Source: Pseudomonadota bacterium (GTDB lineage: Bacteria > Pseudomonadota > Gammaproteobacteria > Burkholderiales > JABEVD01). From it: a DNA stretch of 64,000 bases. Location: positions 9,559-73,558 of the forward strand of contig JAKBJU010000007.1 of the NCBI GenBank assembly GCA_021835845.1, in the 5' to 3' direction. Shown one piece after another: positions 41,406 through 51,309 of the stretch (position 1 is the stretch's first letter; each line of letters opens with the position of its first letter). A program made the translations under genes and the position numbers. The notes beneath the pieces were generated by a model that had not been told where the DNA came from, searched no databases, and saw only the letters and a list, made by a program, of their open reading frames with translations.

Positions 41406-42280
41406 TTAAGCGGCGACCAGGTTTTCATAGTAACGCCGCATGAAGGCAGCGGGTGACAGGTAGCCAAGGCGAGCCTGCTTCCGTTGCCGATTATAGAAGA
41501 CTCGATGTACTCCGCGATCTCCTGTTTTGCTTCTTCCCGGGTGGCATAGCGCCGATGATGCACGAGCTCGGTTTTCAGGGTTCCCCAGAAGCTTTCCATC
41601 GGCGCATTATCCCAGCAGTCCCCTTTGCGACTCATGGAAAGTTTCATGCCGAATTGCTTGGCCAGCTTCCGGTAATCATGGGAGCAATATTGGCTGCCCC
41701 GATCCGAATGAAGAATCAGCCCCTTCTCCGGCCGCCTGGCGGAGGCTGCCCGGAACAATGCCTGCATCACCAGTTTCCTGCACATCCGCGCTCCCATCGC
41801 ATGACCGACAAGCTCACCGCTGTAGAGATCCTTCAGTCCGGCAAGGTATAGCCAGCCCTCATCAGTGGCAATATAGGTCAGGTCCCCAACCCACGCACGA
41901 TTCGGCGCGGGCACCCTGAAGTTCCGCTCAAGCAGGTTCGGGGCAACTGGAAGATTGTGCTTCGAATCAGTTGTCGCCTTGAACTTGCGCTTCTGCTTGC
42001 AGCGCAGGCCGAGTTTACTGCGTATACGCTTGATGCGATGAATTCCGATCTCGATGCCATGATCGGCGAGATCTTGCTGCAGGCGCTCAGGGCCACAGGT
42101 TTCCCTTGTCCGGATATGCGCAGCCTTCACTTCCAACTCCAGTCGCGCCGCTTCCTGAGCCCTCGACGACGGCGGGCGATTCCGCCAGGCATGGTAGCCG
42201 CTTTCTGATACCGACAGCGCCCGACACATCAGCGATACCGGATACTCTGGTCGCATGGATTCAATCTGGGCGTATCTCAC
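41406..42280 (-). pseudogene. IS3 transposase OrfB (DDE) with a 1-bp deletion near the C-terminus
   Basis: WVGDLTYI, HSDRGSQY, DNAPMESF. After IAEYIE the conserved FYNRQR...LGYLSP continues in another frame (break near 41500) to TAA at 41406. Confidence 0.85.
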
Positions 42281-42579
42281 CGCGACTCCTTCGCGAAATA
42301 CGCCGCAAACTTTTTTAGCAGATCTCGCTCCATCTTTACTTCAGCAAGTTCCCGCTTTGCTCTGGCCAGTTCCATTTCCAGTTCCGTCAACGGCTTCTGA
42401 TGCTTGCCGATCTCCTGCAACTGACCATTACGGTAGGCCAGCACCCAGTTCTTCAACGTCCCGCTGGGAATCGACAAGCGCCGGGCCGTTTCCCTCAACC
42501 CAAGCTTCTCGACTTCCACCATCCGGACTGCTTCTTCCCTCAATTCCTTCGTATATTGCCCATGTGGTATTCGTGCCAT
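42277..42579 (-). CDS. IS3 transposase OrfA
   Basis: YTKELREEAV HTH, leucine-zipper-like ELARAKRELAEVKMERDLLKK. Confidence 0.9.
   Translation of the reverse strand: MARIPHGQYTKELREEAVRMVEVEKLGLRETARRLSIPSGTLKNWVLAYRNGQLQEIGKHQKPLTELEMELARAKRELAEVKMERDLLKKFAAYFAKESR
42310..42316 (-). other. Programmed -1 frameshift site A AAA AAG
   Basis: CTA AAA AAG TTT; the -1 frame is open into OrfB (KVCGVFREGVAVRYA). Confidence 0.85.
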
Positions 42580-42705
42580 TTCGTTCCTCCGATTCCTGCA
42601 TTTTACAGAATCATTGGACTCCATTTTTCCGTCCGACCTCAGTGCGGCTGGGTCGGTTTTATCGTGGGCTTTTTTTGGCAAGTGTCCCGCCAGTGTCCCA
42701 CAATA

Positions 42706-42737
42706 GAAAATGGCCCAGAGCTACAAGCTCTAAGCCA
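42706..42737 (-). terminator. Intrinsic terminator-like hairpin after the tRNA-Lys pair
   Basis: TGGCTTAGAGCT-TGT-AGCTCTGGGCCA followed by TTTTC on the minus strand. Confidence 0.6.
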
Positions 42738-42747
42738 TTGATAATGC

Positions 42748-42823
42748 TGGTGGGTCGTGACAGGATCGAACTGTCGACAAACGGATTAAGAGTCCGCTGC
42801 TCTACCGGCTGAGCTAACGACCC
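42748..42823 (-). tRNA. tRNA-Lys(CTT)
   Basis: GGGTCGTTAGCTCAG...ACTCTTAAT...GTTCGATCC...CCA, 76 nt. Confidence 0.97.
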
Positions 42824-42866
42824 ATCGGTGCAATCGGGGCGGAAAGGGGGAACCCTTTCCTGATAC

Positions 42867-42942
42867 TGGTAGGTCGTGCCAGATTCGAACTGGCGACCAA
42901 CGGATTAAAAGTCCGCTGCTCTACCGACTGAGCTAACGACCC
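42867..42942 (-). tRNA. tRNA-Lys(TTT)
   Basis: GGGTCGTTAGCTCAG...ACTTTTAAT...GTTCGAATC...CCA, 76 nt. Confidence 0.97.
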
Positions 42943-42979
42943 GGGGAAACGTGGAATTATACCGTGCAGGATTTCGATG

Positions 42980-43660
42980 TCAATCCTGGAAGTAGCGCGT
43001 CGGATCGGGCAGCCCCGCAGACAGAAAGCCTTCCCGCCTCAGCCGGCAGGAATCGCACCTGCCGCAGGCGCGCCCTTCCGGATCGGCCTGGTAGCAGGAC
43101 ACGGTGAGGGAATAATCCACCCCGAGCCCGGTACCGAGCTTCACGATTTCGGACTTGGAAAGCCGGATCAGCGGCGCATGCAGCGCGAGCCTTTTCCCTT
43201 CCACCCCGGCCTTGGTGGCAAGATTCGCCATCGATTCGAATGCCTCGACATATTCCGGCCTGCAGTCGGGATAACCGGAATAATCGACCGCATTCACGCC
43301 GATGAAAATGTCCTTCGAATCCAGCACCTCCGCCCAGGCAAGGGCGAGGGACAGCATGATGGTGTTTCTCGCCGGAACGTAGGTGACGGGAATGCCGCTC
43401 GAAGCTTTTTCAGGAATGGCGATCGATGCATCGGTGAGGGCGGAGCCTCCGAAGGCGGTGAGGTCGAGTTTCACGGTCCTGTGCTCAAGCGCGCCCAGCG
43501 CCCTGCAGACCTTTTCCGCAGCGAGAAGCTCGGATCTGTGGCGCTGGCCGTAGTCGAGGCTCAGCGCGTAACAGGCAAATCCCTGGCGCTTTGCGAGCGC
43601 CAGGGTGGTCGCCGAATCCAGCCCTCCCGAGACGAGGACTACCGCGCCCCTAGTGTCCAG
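42980..43660 (-). CDS. queC: 7-cyano-7-deazaguanine synthase
   Basis: [36 protein letters not shown]. The frame extends beyond the track ORF to a probable CTG start. Confidence 0.93.
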   Translation of the reverse strand: MDTRGAVVLVSGGLDSATTLALAKRQGFACYALSLDYGQRHRSELLAAEKVCRALGALEHRTVKLDLTAFGGSALTDASIAIPEKASSGIPVTYVPARNTIMLSLALAWAEVLDSKDIFIGVNAVDYSGYPDCRPEYVEAFESMANLATKAGVEGKRLALHAPLIRLSKSEIVKLGTGLGVDYSLTVSCYQADPEGRACGRCDSCRLRREGFLSAGLPDPTRYFQD

Positions 43661-44291
43661 GTTCGTTCCCCCATATCAGCTTGTGCAGCTGGATCTGCAT
43701 CCTGACATTCAAACCGTCTTCGAGTATCCATGCCGCAAGATTTCCGGGATCGAGCCTGCCCTGCACTGGAGAGAAAAGCACCGGGCTGAGCGAAGCAAGC
43801 CTTCTCTCTTCCAGCACGCTCCTCGCCCATTCGTAGTCGGCGCGATCCGTGAGCACGAACTTGATCTCGTCGCCCCTGTTCAGGAAATCCAGGTTCGACC
43901 AGAGATTCTTCTCTTCTTCCATAGAACCTGGCGTCTTGATGTCGACTATCCTGGAAACCCGCGTGTCCACTTTCGAGACGTCCAGCGCCCCGCCTGTCTC
44001 CAGGGACACGGCATGGCCCGCATCGCAAAGCGCTTCCAGCAGCGCGATGCAGTGCTTCTGCGCGAGCGGCTCCCCTCCCGTCACGGTGACGTACTGCGTG
44101 GGATATTTTGCGACCTCGGCGAGGATGGCGCCGAGTTCCATGGTTCTTCCTTCATGGAAGGCGTATTCCGTGTCGCAATAGCTGCAGCGCAGGGGGCAGC
44201 CCGTGAGCCTGACGAAAACGGTGGGAAGTCCCGTCCGGCTGGTCTCCCCCTGCAGGGAAAAGAATATCTCGTTGATCCTGAGGGTGTGCAC
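43650..44291 (-). CDS. queE: 7-carboxy-7-deazaguanine synthase (radical SAM)
   Basis: [24 protein letters not shown]. Confidence 0.95.
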   Translation of the reverse strand: MHTLRINEIFFSLQGETSRTGLPTVFVRLTGCPLRCSYCDTEYAFHEGRTMELGAILAEVAKYPTQYVTVTGGEPLAQKHCIALLEALCDAGHAVSLETGGALDVSKVDTRVSRIVDIKTPGSMEEEKNLWSNLDFLNRGDEIKFVLTDRADYEWARSVLEERRLASLSPVLFSPVQGRLDPGNLAAWILEDGLNVRMQIQLHKLIWGNEPGH

Positions 44292-45079
44292 TACTTCAGG
44301 CTGTTCAGGCGCTGTTTCGCCTTGGCTGCAGCATCGGATGAAGGATATTTGGAAACGATGGACTTGAGCGTTTTCCTCGCCTCCTTCTTTTGCCCGAGTT
44401 CCTGCTGGCTGCTCGCGATGTTGAGGAGGGCATCCGGCGCCTTGGGGCTGTCCGGATACTTCGAAATCACGATCTTCTGGGCGGAAATCGCGCTCTTGAA
44501 GTCGCGCGTGGCGAAATAGGCATTGCCGATCCAGTACTGAGCGGAAGGCGCATAGCTGCTGGAAGGATGGGCTTTCAGGAAATCCTCGAACCCGGAGATC
44601 GCTCCGGCATAGTTGCCGATCCTGAAAAGGCCGAAGGCTGCCTCGTATTCGCCCGCCTCTGTCGCAGGTTTGGCCGCCGGGGCCGGGGTCGCAGCAGGAG
44701 CTGAAGCCGCAACTGGCGCCGCAACTGCGGCAGGGGCCGAGGCCGTTTCGGAAGCGGGCGCCCCATCGGAAGACTGGGGCTCGAGACGCCTCAGCCGGGT
44801 GTCCAGATCCACGTAGAAGTCCTTCTGGCGCTTCTGGGCGGTATCGAGCCCGTTGCCGAGTTCCTCGATCCTGCCGCGCAACGCGGCAATGTCCGCGTTC
44901 TGCGACTGGATCTGGCTCGCCATGTCGACCAGGCTGCCCTGCAGCTTCTGGACCATGGCTTCGAGCTTTTGTATTTCCTGCTGGTTTTCGACGATCTTCT
45001 GGCGCGCCACGTCGTCGTCGAACAACCCGGCATGGGCCTGGGTCGCGAGCAGGAAAAGAAATGGGGGGAACCGCCTCAA
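44291..45079 (-). CDS. cpoB: Tol-Pal system protein YbgF/CpoB
   Basis: AHA/GLFDD signal cleavage, coiled coil, TPRs (AQYWIG, KAPDALL). Start is uncertain (TTG 45079 or 45109). Confidence 0.93.
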   Translation of the reverse strand: MRRFPPFLFLLATQAHAGLFDDDVARQKIVENQQEIQKLEAMVQKLQGSLVDMASQIQSQNADIAALRGRIEELGNGLDTAQKRQKDFYVDLDTRLRRLEPQSSDGAPASETASAPAAVAAPVAASAPAATPAPAAKPATEAGEYEAAFGLFRIGNYAGAISGFEDFLKAHPSSSYAPSAQYWIGNAYFATRDFKSAISAQKIVISKYPDSPKAPDALLNIASSQQELGQKKEARKTLKSIVSKYPSSDAAAKAKQRLNSLK

Positions 45080-45109
45080 GAGGCGGTTCCAGTTCGCCTC
45101 AAACAGCAA

Positions 45110-45604
45110 TTATTCGCTCTGATAGACGATGTCGGTGCGGCGGTTCTGCGCCCAGGCTTCTTCGTTGTGGCCGGCGGCGCGTGGCTTTTCGGAGCCGTAG
45201 CTGACCGTCGATACCTGCGCTCCAGAAACGCCTGCAGCTTCCATCAGCTTCTTGACGCTGTCGGCACGGCGCTGGCCGAGGGCGAGGTTGTACTCGCGGC
45301 TGCCGCGCTCGTCGCAGTTGCCCTGGAGCTGCACCTTGGCGCTGGCATGGCCGACCAGGTACTCGGAATGGGCCTTGACCATCGGCTTGTACTCGTCCTT
45401 GACGATCGACTTGTCGAAGTCGTAGTACACGCTGCGGTGCGACAGGATATTGTTCGGGTCGTTGAGCGGGTTGACGGCGACCGGCTTGGTTGCGGCGGCT
45501 GCGGCAGCCTTCTGCTCGGGAGCCTTCGCGGCTTCCTTGGTGGGCTGGCTTCCGCAGGCTGCAAGCAGGCTAACGAGCAGCGCACTGAACATCATTTTTT
45601 TCAT
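45110..45604 (-). CDS. pal: Peptidoglycan-associated lipoprotein
   Basis: LAAC lipobox, DERGSREYNLALGQRRA, NRR. Confidence 0.97.
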   Translation of the reverse strand: MKKMMFSALLVSLLAACGSQPTKEAAKAPEQKAAAAAATKPVAVNPLNDPNNILSHRSVYYDFDKSIVKDEYKPMVKAHSEYLVGHASAKVQLQGNCDERGSREYNLALGQRRADSVKKLMEAAGVSGAQVSTVSYGSEKPRAAGHNEEAWAQNRRTDIVYQSE

Positions 45605-45638
45605 GGTTATCTCCTTATATTGGTTTACAAATCAGAAC

Positions 45639-46898
45639 TTACTTCACAAACGGCCCCCAGGCAGGCTCGCGAATGTCCCCGGACTGCATGGTCAAGCGTT
45701 GTTTGATTCTACCATCCGTCGATACGACGGCTAATATACCACGTCCGCCGTAAATGGATGCATACAAAATGAGCTTCCCGTTGGGGGCGAAAGTCGGCGA
45801 CTGGTCGAGATCCTCGTCGGTCAGAAGCTGGGACTGGCCGGTGGCAAAGTCTTGCTCGGCGACATTGAAGTGCCCGCTGTTGCGCTCCAGATAGATGAAG
45901 CTCTTTCCGTCCGGGCTGTAGTGCGGCGAAACGTTGTAGGTTCCCTCGAAAGTCAGGCGCTCGGCAGGCCCGCCGGAAACCGCGATGCGGTAGATCTGGG
46001 GGGAGCCGCCCCTGTCGGAAGTGAAGATGATCTGCTGCCCGTCGGGAGAGAAGCTGGGCTCCGTGCTGATTCCCGGGGACGCCTCGACCAGCCTGGGGTT
46101 CCCCCCCGCCTCGTTCACGATGTGGATTCTGGAATGCCCGTCCCGGCTCAGGGTGAAGGCGATATCCTTTCCGTCCGGAGACCAGGCCGGCGCGCTGTTG
46201 CTTCCCCTGTAGTTCGCCACGACATGCCGCTTGCCCGAAAGCAGATCCTGGACATAGACCACCGCCTTGCCCTGCTCGAAGGAAACATAGGCGATCTTGC
46301 TGCCGTCGGGCGACCAGGCCGGGGAGATGATGGGAGAGGCAACCGAAACCACGGCCTGCGCCCCGTAGCCGTCGGCATCGGCCACCTGCAGTTCGAAGCG
46401 CTTTTCCCGCTTCAGGATATAGGCGATCTTGGTGCTGAATATCCCCTGGTCCCCGGTCATCTGCTGGTAGATGACATCGGCTATCCGGTGCGCCGTCAGC
46501 CTGAACTGGTCTTTGGAGACCGTATAGCTGAATCCGGCGAGCTGGACCTGCTTGGCGACGTCGAGCAGCCTGAAGCGCACTTCGAACTGCCCCCCGGCTG
46601 CAGGATAAATGCCGCCGATGACGAGCGCATCCGCCCCCTTTGTCTTCCAGCCCGGGAAGCTGACCTGGGCGATATCGTGGGTCTGGTCGCTTCCGGGGTC
46701 GATCATCTTGAACATGCCGCAGCGCGCGAGGTCCGCCGCGATCACGCTGGAGACTCCCGGCGCATCGGATTCGAAGGGAACCACGGCTATCGGGATCTGG
46801 TTCTCCCCTCCTCCCACGATCTCGATGGAAAGGGCGGCTACCGCCGGCCTGCAGAACACGCAGAAAAGAAGGGCAATACAGCTTGCAAATTTTTTCAT
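45639..46898 (-). CDS. tolB: Tol-Pal beta-propeller protein
   Basis: PIAVVPF, repeated PAWSPDG. Confidence 0.96.
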   Translation of the reverse strand: MKKFASCIALLFCVFCRPAVAALSIEIVGGGENQIPIAVVPFESDAPGVSSVIAADLARCGMFKMIDPGSDQTHDIAQVSFPGWKTKGADALVIGGIYPAAGGQFEVRFRLLDVAKQVQLAGFSYTVSKDQFRLTAHRIADVIYQQMTGDQGIFSTKIAYILKREKRFELQVADADGYGAQAVVSVASPIISPAWSPDGSKIAYVSFEQGKAVVYVQDLLSGKRHVVANYRGSNSAPAWSPDGKDIAFTLSRDGHSRIHIVNEAGGNPRLVEASPGISTEPSFSPDGQQIIFTSDRGGSPQIYRIAVSGGPAERLTFEGTYNVSPHYSPDGKSFIYLERNSGHFNVAEQDFATGQSQLLTDEDLDQSPTFAPNGKLILYASIYGGRGILAVVSTDGRIKQRLTMQSGDIREPAWGPFVK

Positions 46899-46965
46899 GT
46901 CATTACCGTCATACCCGCTGCGGCGGGTGAAAAAAATTTTATACCAAATGGCTTACGCCATTCTT

Positions 46966-47733
46966 TCATTCGCTGGGCCTGAAATGCAAGTCCAGCGTCC
47001 TGAATGCCTCGAAAAGCGAGGCGTCCGGCGGCAGCGGCAGGGGGGAAGCCCTCAGGATGGCCCGCTCGACCGCAGCGTCGTAGGCGGGATAACCGCTGGA
47101 TTTCACCAGGGTCGCCTTCAAAACCTCTCCGTCAGGCAGCAGCACCACGGTGAATTCCGCCTCCGGATTGCCTTTCAGATCCGGAGGAACCACCACGAAG
47201 CGCTTGATCCTGTTGTGGATCATCGCCTTGTACTTGTCGATCAGGCTGGATTTCTCCGCAGCCGCCCTTTGCTGCATCATCCTGTTCAGGGCATCGACCT
47301 TCTCCTGCTGCGCCTGCCGCATCTGCTTTTCCAGCTTCTGCTTTTGAAGCTGCTGCTTCTGAAGTTCCTTCTGTTTTTCTTCTTTCTGCTTTTCGATCTG
47401 CTTCTGCTTTTCTTCCTTCAGCTTTTCCTGCTTCAGCTTTTCCTCGCGCGCCTTCCTGAGCGCAATGTCGGGCTTCTCGACTTCCGGCTTTTGCACCGGG
47501 GCAGGTTTCGGTTTCGGCGCGGGCTTCGGTGGCTGCGCGGGCGCAGGCTTCGCAACAGGCTGCGGGGCAGGCGGGGGGGGCGCACTCTGCACGGGGGGCA
47601 GATCCCGCCAGATATCGGCCTGCAGCACCACGGGCTCGCTTTCCTGCCACCTGAATCCGAATACCAGCACGGCCAGGAGAATCAGGTGAACCGTCACGGC
47701 AAGAATCGCCGCGGGGATTTTCCGATCCGTCAT
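46966..47733 (-). CDS. tolA: TolA cell-envelope integrity protein
   Basis: TM with His, Pro- and K/E/Q-rich linker, SSG..YD.AVERAI..ASPLP. Confidence 0.9.
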   Translation of the reverse strand: MTDRKIPAAILAVTVHLILLAVLVFGFRWQESEPVVLQADIWRDLPPVQSAPPPPAPQPVAKPAPAQPPKPAPKPKPAPVQKPEVEKPDIALRKAREEKLKQEKLKEEKQKQIEKQKEEKQKELQKQQLQKQKLEKQMRQAQQEKVDALNRMMQQRAAAEKSSLIDKYKAMIHNRIKRFVVVPPDLKGNPEAEFTVVLLPDGEVLKATLVKSSGYPAYDAAVERAILRASPLPLPPDASLFEAFRTLDLHFRPSE

Positions 47734-48155
47734 TTCGTATAGGGTTTGGCGAGCAGGCCGACCTTCTTCACCTGCTGCCCTTCGAGGATGTCCATGACCT
47801 TGATCACCTCCTCGTAGCGCACGGACTTGTCGGCCGATATCACGACCGGCTGGTCCGGGTTTTCCTGCTGCTTCCGCTTGATTTCGGAAACCAGTTCGTC
47901 CCTGGTCATGGCTTCGAGCGTGCCGGATTTCGACCTGTCCCGGAGGGCGAGCGAGGAGTCCGCCTTGATGACCACTTCCAGCGGAGAAACGGGAGTCTTC
48001 AGCGACTGCCCGACTTTCGGCAGATCGATCTCGCCGGGATTGATCATGGGCGCGGTGACCATGAAGATCACCAGCAGCACCAGCATCACGTCGATGTACG
48101 GCACGACGTTGATCTGGTTCATCTGGCGGCGCGGCCGCCGCGATGCGATGCTCAC
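47730..48155 (-). CDS. tolR: TolR
   Basis: INVVPYIDVMLVLLVIFMVTAP. Confidence 0.95.
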   Translation of the reverse strand: MSIASRRPRRQMNQINVVPYIDVMLVLLVIFMVTAPMINPGEIDLPKVGQSLKTPVSPLEVVIKADSSLALRDRSKSGTLEAMTRDELVSEIKRKQQENPDQPVVISADKSVRYEEVIKVMDILEGQQVKKVGLLAKPYTK

Positions 48156-48835
48156 GACCTGCCCGCCTGGCGCTGCAGCACGTTGGAGAGCTCTTCCATG
48201 AAGCTGTCGAAGCGGCTGGCGAGCCGGTCGACTTCATGGGAATAGCGGTTGTAGGCGACCACGGCGGGAATCGCCGCGAAAAGGCCGATGGCGGTGGCGA
48301 TCAGGGCCTCCGCGATGCCCGGCGCGACATGCGCGAGGGTCGCCTGAGCGACGTTGGCAAGCCCCCTGAATGCGTTCATGATCCCCCACACCGTGCCGAA
48401 CAGGCCGACATAGGGGCTCACCGAGCCGACCGTGGCGAGAAAGGGCAGATTGGCTTCGAGGCTGTCCATCTCCCGCTGGTAAGTCGCGCGCATCGCGCGC
48501 CGCGTGCCTTCCATCACGGCCCCGTTCTCCATGCCGGGCTGCCTCTTGAGCTTCATGAATTCCCTGAATCCGGCTTCGAATATCCGTTCCATGCTGCCCG
48601 TTTCGTGCCGCCCCGAGGATGCGCCCTGGTAGATGGCATTGAGGTCGGAGCTGCTCCAGAATTCCCGCTCGAAATTGTCGGACTGCCTGTAAGCCTGTCT
48701 GATCGAGAACATCTTCAGGAAGATGTGCCACCACGACATCAGGGAGACCAGCAGCAGCAGGGCGAGGATGACCTGAACGACGACGCTGGCGTTCGCGATC
48801 ATGCCGATGAAAGACAAATCCTTGGTGATTTCCAT
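48152..48835 (-). CDS. tolQ: TolQ
   Basis: SPYVGLFGTVWGIM, VAPGIAEALIATA. Confidence 0.96.
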   Translation of the reverse strand: MEITKDLSFIGMIANASVVVQVILALLLLVSLMSWWHIFLKMFSIRQAYRQSDNFEREFWSSSDLNAIYQGASSGRHETGSMERIFEAGFREFMKLKRQPGMENGAVMEGTRRAMRATYQREMDSLEANLPFLATVGSVSPYVGLFGTVWGIMNAFRGLANVAQATLAHVAPGIAEALIATAIGLFAAIPAVVAYNRYSHEVDRLASRFDSFMEELSNVLQRQAGRS

Positions 48836-48837
48836 GT

Positions 48838-49233
48838 TCAGCTTTCCAGTTTTGACCTGATCGCGCGCGGCACGCTGACAGGCTTGAATGTATCGGTGGC
48901 GGCGCAGACCAGGCTGACCCTGGCGCTTACCAGGACATCCTCGCCGCGCTTCACGTCCTGCCTGAAAACCATCAGGCTTCTCCCGGTTTTCTCGATTTCG
49001 ACGCCCACATCGAGCAGATCGTCGAGAACGGCAGGCCTGAAATAGGTGACTTCAAGGGCGCGCACCACAAAAAAAACCCGATGCTCTTTCATCAGGCCGG
49101 CATTCGTGAACCCCAGGCTTCTCAGCCATTCCGATCTCGCCCGCTCCATGAAATCGATGTAGCCGGAGTGGAACACCACCCCTCCCGCATCGGTGTCCTG
49201 GTAATAGACCCTGACCGGAAGCGAGAAATTCAA
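48838..49233 (-). CDS. ybgC: Tol-pal-associated acyl-CoA thioesterase
   Basis: [15 protein letters not shown]. Confidence 0.94.
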   Translation of the reverse strand: MNFSLPVRVYYQDTDAGGVVFHSGYIDFMERARSEWLRSLGFTNAGLMKEHRVFFVVRALEVTYFRPAVLDDLLDVGVEIEKTGRSLMVFRQDVKRGEDVLVSARVSLVCAATDTFKPVSVPRAIRSKLES

Positions 49234-50246
49234 AGCAATGTCCCTTCGGCCGCAGTCAGCCCGAAATGGCTGTAGGCGGAGAGCGTCGCGATTCTACCAC
49301 GCGAGGTTCTCTGGATGTAACCCTGCTGGATGAGGTAGGGTTCGATCACGTCCTCGATCGTGTCGCGCTCCTCCCCGATCGCAGCGGCGAGATTGTCGAC
49401 GCCCACCGGCCCCCCCGAAAACTTCTCGATGATGGCGAGGATCAGCTTCCTGTCCATCACGTCGAAGCCGACCGGATCGACGTCCAGCATGGAAAGCGCG
49501 GCATCCGCCACTTCAGCCGTCACATCGCCGTCCGCCTTCACTTCGGCGTAATCGCGCACCCGCCTCAGGAGCCGGTTCGCGATCCTGGGCGTTCCCCGAG
49601 AGCGGCGCGCGATTTCGATCGCCCCGTCCAGGGACATGCTGACATTCAGCAGGGCCGCCGACCTCGTCACGATTTTCGCGAGCTCCTCCACCGTGTAGAA
49701 TTCCAGCCTCGCGACGATGCCGAAGCGGTCGCGCAAGGGATTGGTGAGCATGCCGGCGCGCGTGGTGGCCCCCACCAGGGTGAAGGGCGGAAGGTCGAGC
49801 TTGACCGAGCGCGCAGCCGGCCCTTCCCCGATCATGATGTCGAGCTGGAAGTCTTCCAGGGCGGGATAGAGGATTTCCTCGACCACCGGGCTCAGCCTGT
49901 GGATTTCATCTATGAAGAGCACGTCGTGGGGTTCGAGATTGGTGAGCAGCGCTGCAAGATCCCCGGCACGCTCCAGCACGGGCCCCGAAGTCTGCCTGAG
50001 ATTGACCCCCATTTCCCGGCTGATGATGTGGGCCAGGGTAGTCTTGCCGAGCCCGGGCGGGCCGAAGAGCAGCACATGGTCGAGCGTCTCGCCGCGCATC
50101 CTTGCTGCCTCGATGAAGATCTGCAGCTGCCCGCGGATTTTTTCCTGCCCGACATATTCGTCCAGCAATTTGGGGCGCAGCGCCCGCTCGATCACTTCCT
50201 CCTGGGCGGTGGAAGAACCGGAAATCAGCCTGTCCGATTCGATCAT
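49230..50246 (-). CDS. ruvB: Holliday junction branch migration helicase
   Basis: [22 protein letters not shown]. Confidence 0.97.
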   Translation of the reverse strand: MIESDRLISGSSTAQEEVIERALRPKLLDEYVGQEKIRGQLQIFIEAARMRGETLDHVLLFGPPGLGKTTLAHIISREMGVNLRQTSGPVLERAGDLAALLTNLEPHDVLFIDEIHRLSPVVEEILYPALEDFQLDIMIGEGPAARSVKLDLPPFTLVGATTRAGMLTNPLRDRFGIVARLEFYTVEELAKIVTRSAALLNVSMSLDGAIEIARRSRGTPRIANRLLRRVRDYAEVKADGDVTAEVADAALSMLDVDPVGFDVMDRKLILAIIEKFSGGPVGVDNLAAAIGEERDTIEDVIEPYLIQQGYIQRTSRGRIATLSAYSHFGLTAAEGTLL

Positions 50247-50812
50247 GCCTGCCCCCTGGAAAGGAGCTTGAGTCCCATCCGGATGCCTTCTTCGGTGGAT
50301 ACGGCAGGATCGATCTGTTTCACCGCCTGGGCTGCCTCCTTCTCGCTGTAGCCGAGGGAAATCAGGGCATTGAGCACATCGCTGCTCGCTCTGGACGGCA
50401 GCAGCGCAGGCCCTTCGATCTTGTCGCGCAATTCGAGCAGCAGCCGCTCCGCGGTTTTCCTGCCCACGCCCGGAATCCTGGTGAGACGCCCCGCCTCCCC
50501 GGACTGCACGGCGCCGGCAAGCTCGGGGATGGAAAGCCCGGAGAGCACGGCAAGGGCGAGCTTCGGCCCCACGCCTGAAATCTTCAGAAGCTGCCTGAAT
50601 ACGCGGCGCTCCTCCTGGGTCGAAAAGCCGTAAAGGACATGGGCATCCTCCCTGACGGCAAGATGGGTGTAGAGGGAAACCGCTTCGCCTGTGGCGGGAA
50701 GGAGGAAGAAAGTGCTCATGGGCACGTCGATTTCGTAGCCCACGCCGTTCACGTCGACGAGGATCAGGGGGGGGTGCTTCTCGATCAGCTTTCCGGAAAT
50801 CCTGCCTATCAT
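50243..50812 (-). CDS. ruvA: Holliday junction branch migration protein
   Basis: [18 protein letters not shown], HhH motifs. Confidence 0.97.
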   Translation of the reverse strand: MIGRISGKLIEKHPPLILVDVNGVGYEIDVPMSTFFLLPATGEAVSLYTHLAVREDAHVLYGFSTQEERRVFRQLLKISGVGPKLALAVLSGLSIPELAGAVQSGEAGRLTRIPGVGRKTAERLLLELRDKIEGPALLPSRASSDVLNALISLGYSEKEAAQAVKQIDPAVSTEEGIRMGLKLLSRGQA

Positions 50813-51309
50813 GACCTTCTCCTTCCGTAGACCAGATTTCCCGTGTGCGCATGGCAGATCGCGCAGGCGAGCGCATCGGCTGCATCGGCCTGGGGCACGC
50901 CGCCGAGATTCAGAAGCCTTTTGACCATTTCCTGGACCTGCTCCTTGGCGGCATGCCCCTGTCCCACGACGGCCTGCTTCACCTGGAGCGCGGTATATTC
51001 CGAGACGGGCAAATCTTTCGATACTGCGGCGCAGATCGCCGCCCCCCTCGCCTGGCCGAGAAGGAGCGTGGACTGCGGATTGACGTTGACGAAAACCTTC
51101 TCCACCGAAACTTGCGTGGGAGCGTGCAGCGCGATCACTTCCAGAAGCCCCTCCAGTATCGATTTCAGCCGCTCCGGCAGTTCGCCCTCAGGCGTCCTGA
51201 TGCAGCCGCTGGCGACGTAGTCGAGCTTCGAGCCGTGCTTGTCCAGGATGCCAAAACCCGTCACCCTGAGCCCCGGATCGATGCCCAGTATCCTTACTTT
51301 TTCCTTCAT
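50809..51309 (-). CDS. ruvC: Crossover junction endodeoxyribonuclease
   Basis: [20 protein letters not shown]. Confidence 0.96.
   Translation of the reverse strand: MKEKVRILGIDPGLRVTGFGILDKHGSKLDYVASGCIRTPEGELPERLKSILEGLLEVIALHAPTQVSVEKVFVNVNPQSTLLLGQARGAAICAAVSKDLPVSEYTALQVKQAVVGQGHAAKEQVQEMVKRLLNLGGVPQADAADALACAICHAHTGNLVYGRRRS

Larger units (their letters stand above)
41373..42641 (-). mobile_element. IS3-family insertion sequence (1269 bp)
   Basis: TG...CA termini with imperfect inverted repeats (TGAGGTCGGACGGA...ATGGAGTCCAA), orfA/orfB layout, A6G slippery site. No target-site duplication seen. Confidence 0.95.

Noticed and set aside
42841-42860. GGAAAGGG-GGAA-CCCTTTCC hairpin between the tRNAs
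   Set aside because: It is a single short spacer stem with no other copies seen, most likely an ordinary precursor-processing structure.
42980-44291. queC/queE next to tRNAs and an IS as a 7-deazaguanine DNA-modification or Qat defence system
   Set aside because: This is the standard tol-pal-cpoB-queE-queC-tRNA-Lys arrangement, with no dpdA or qat partners.
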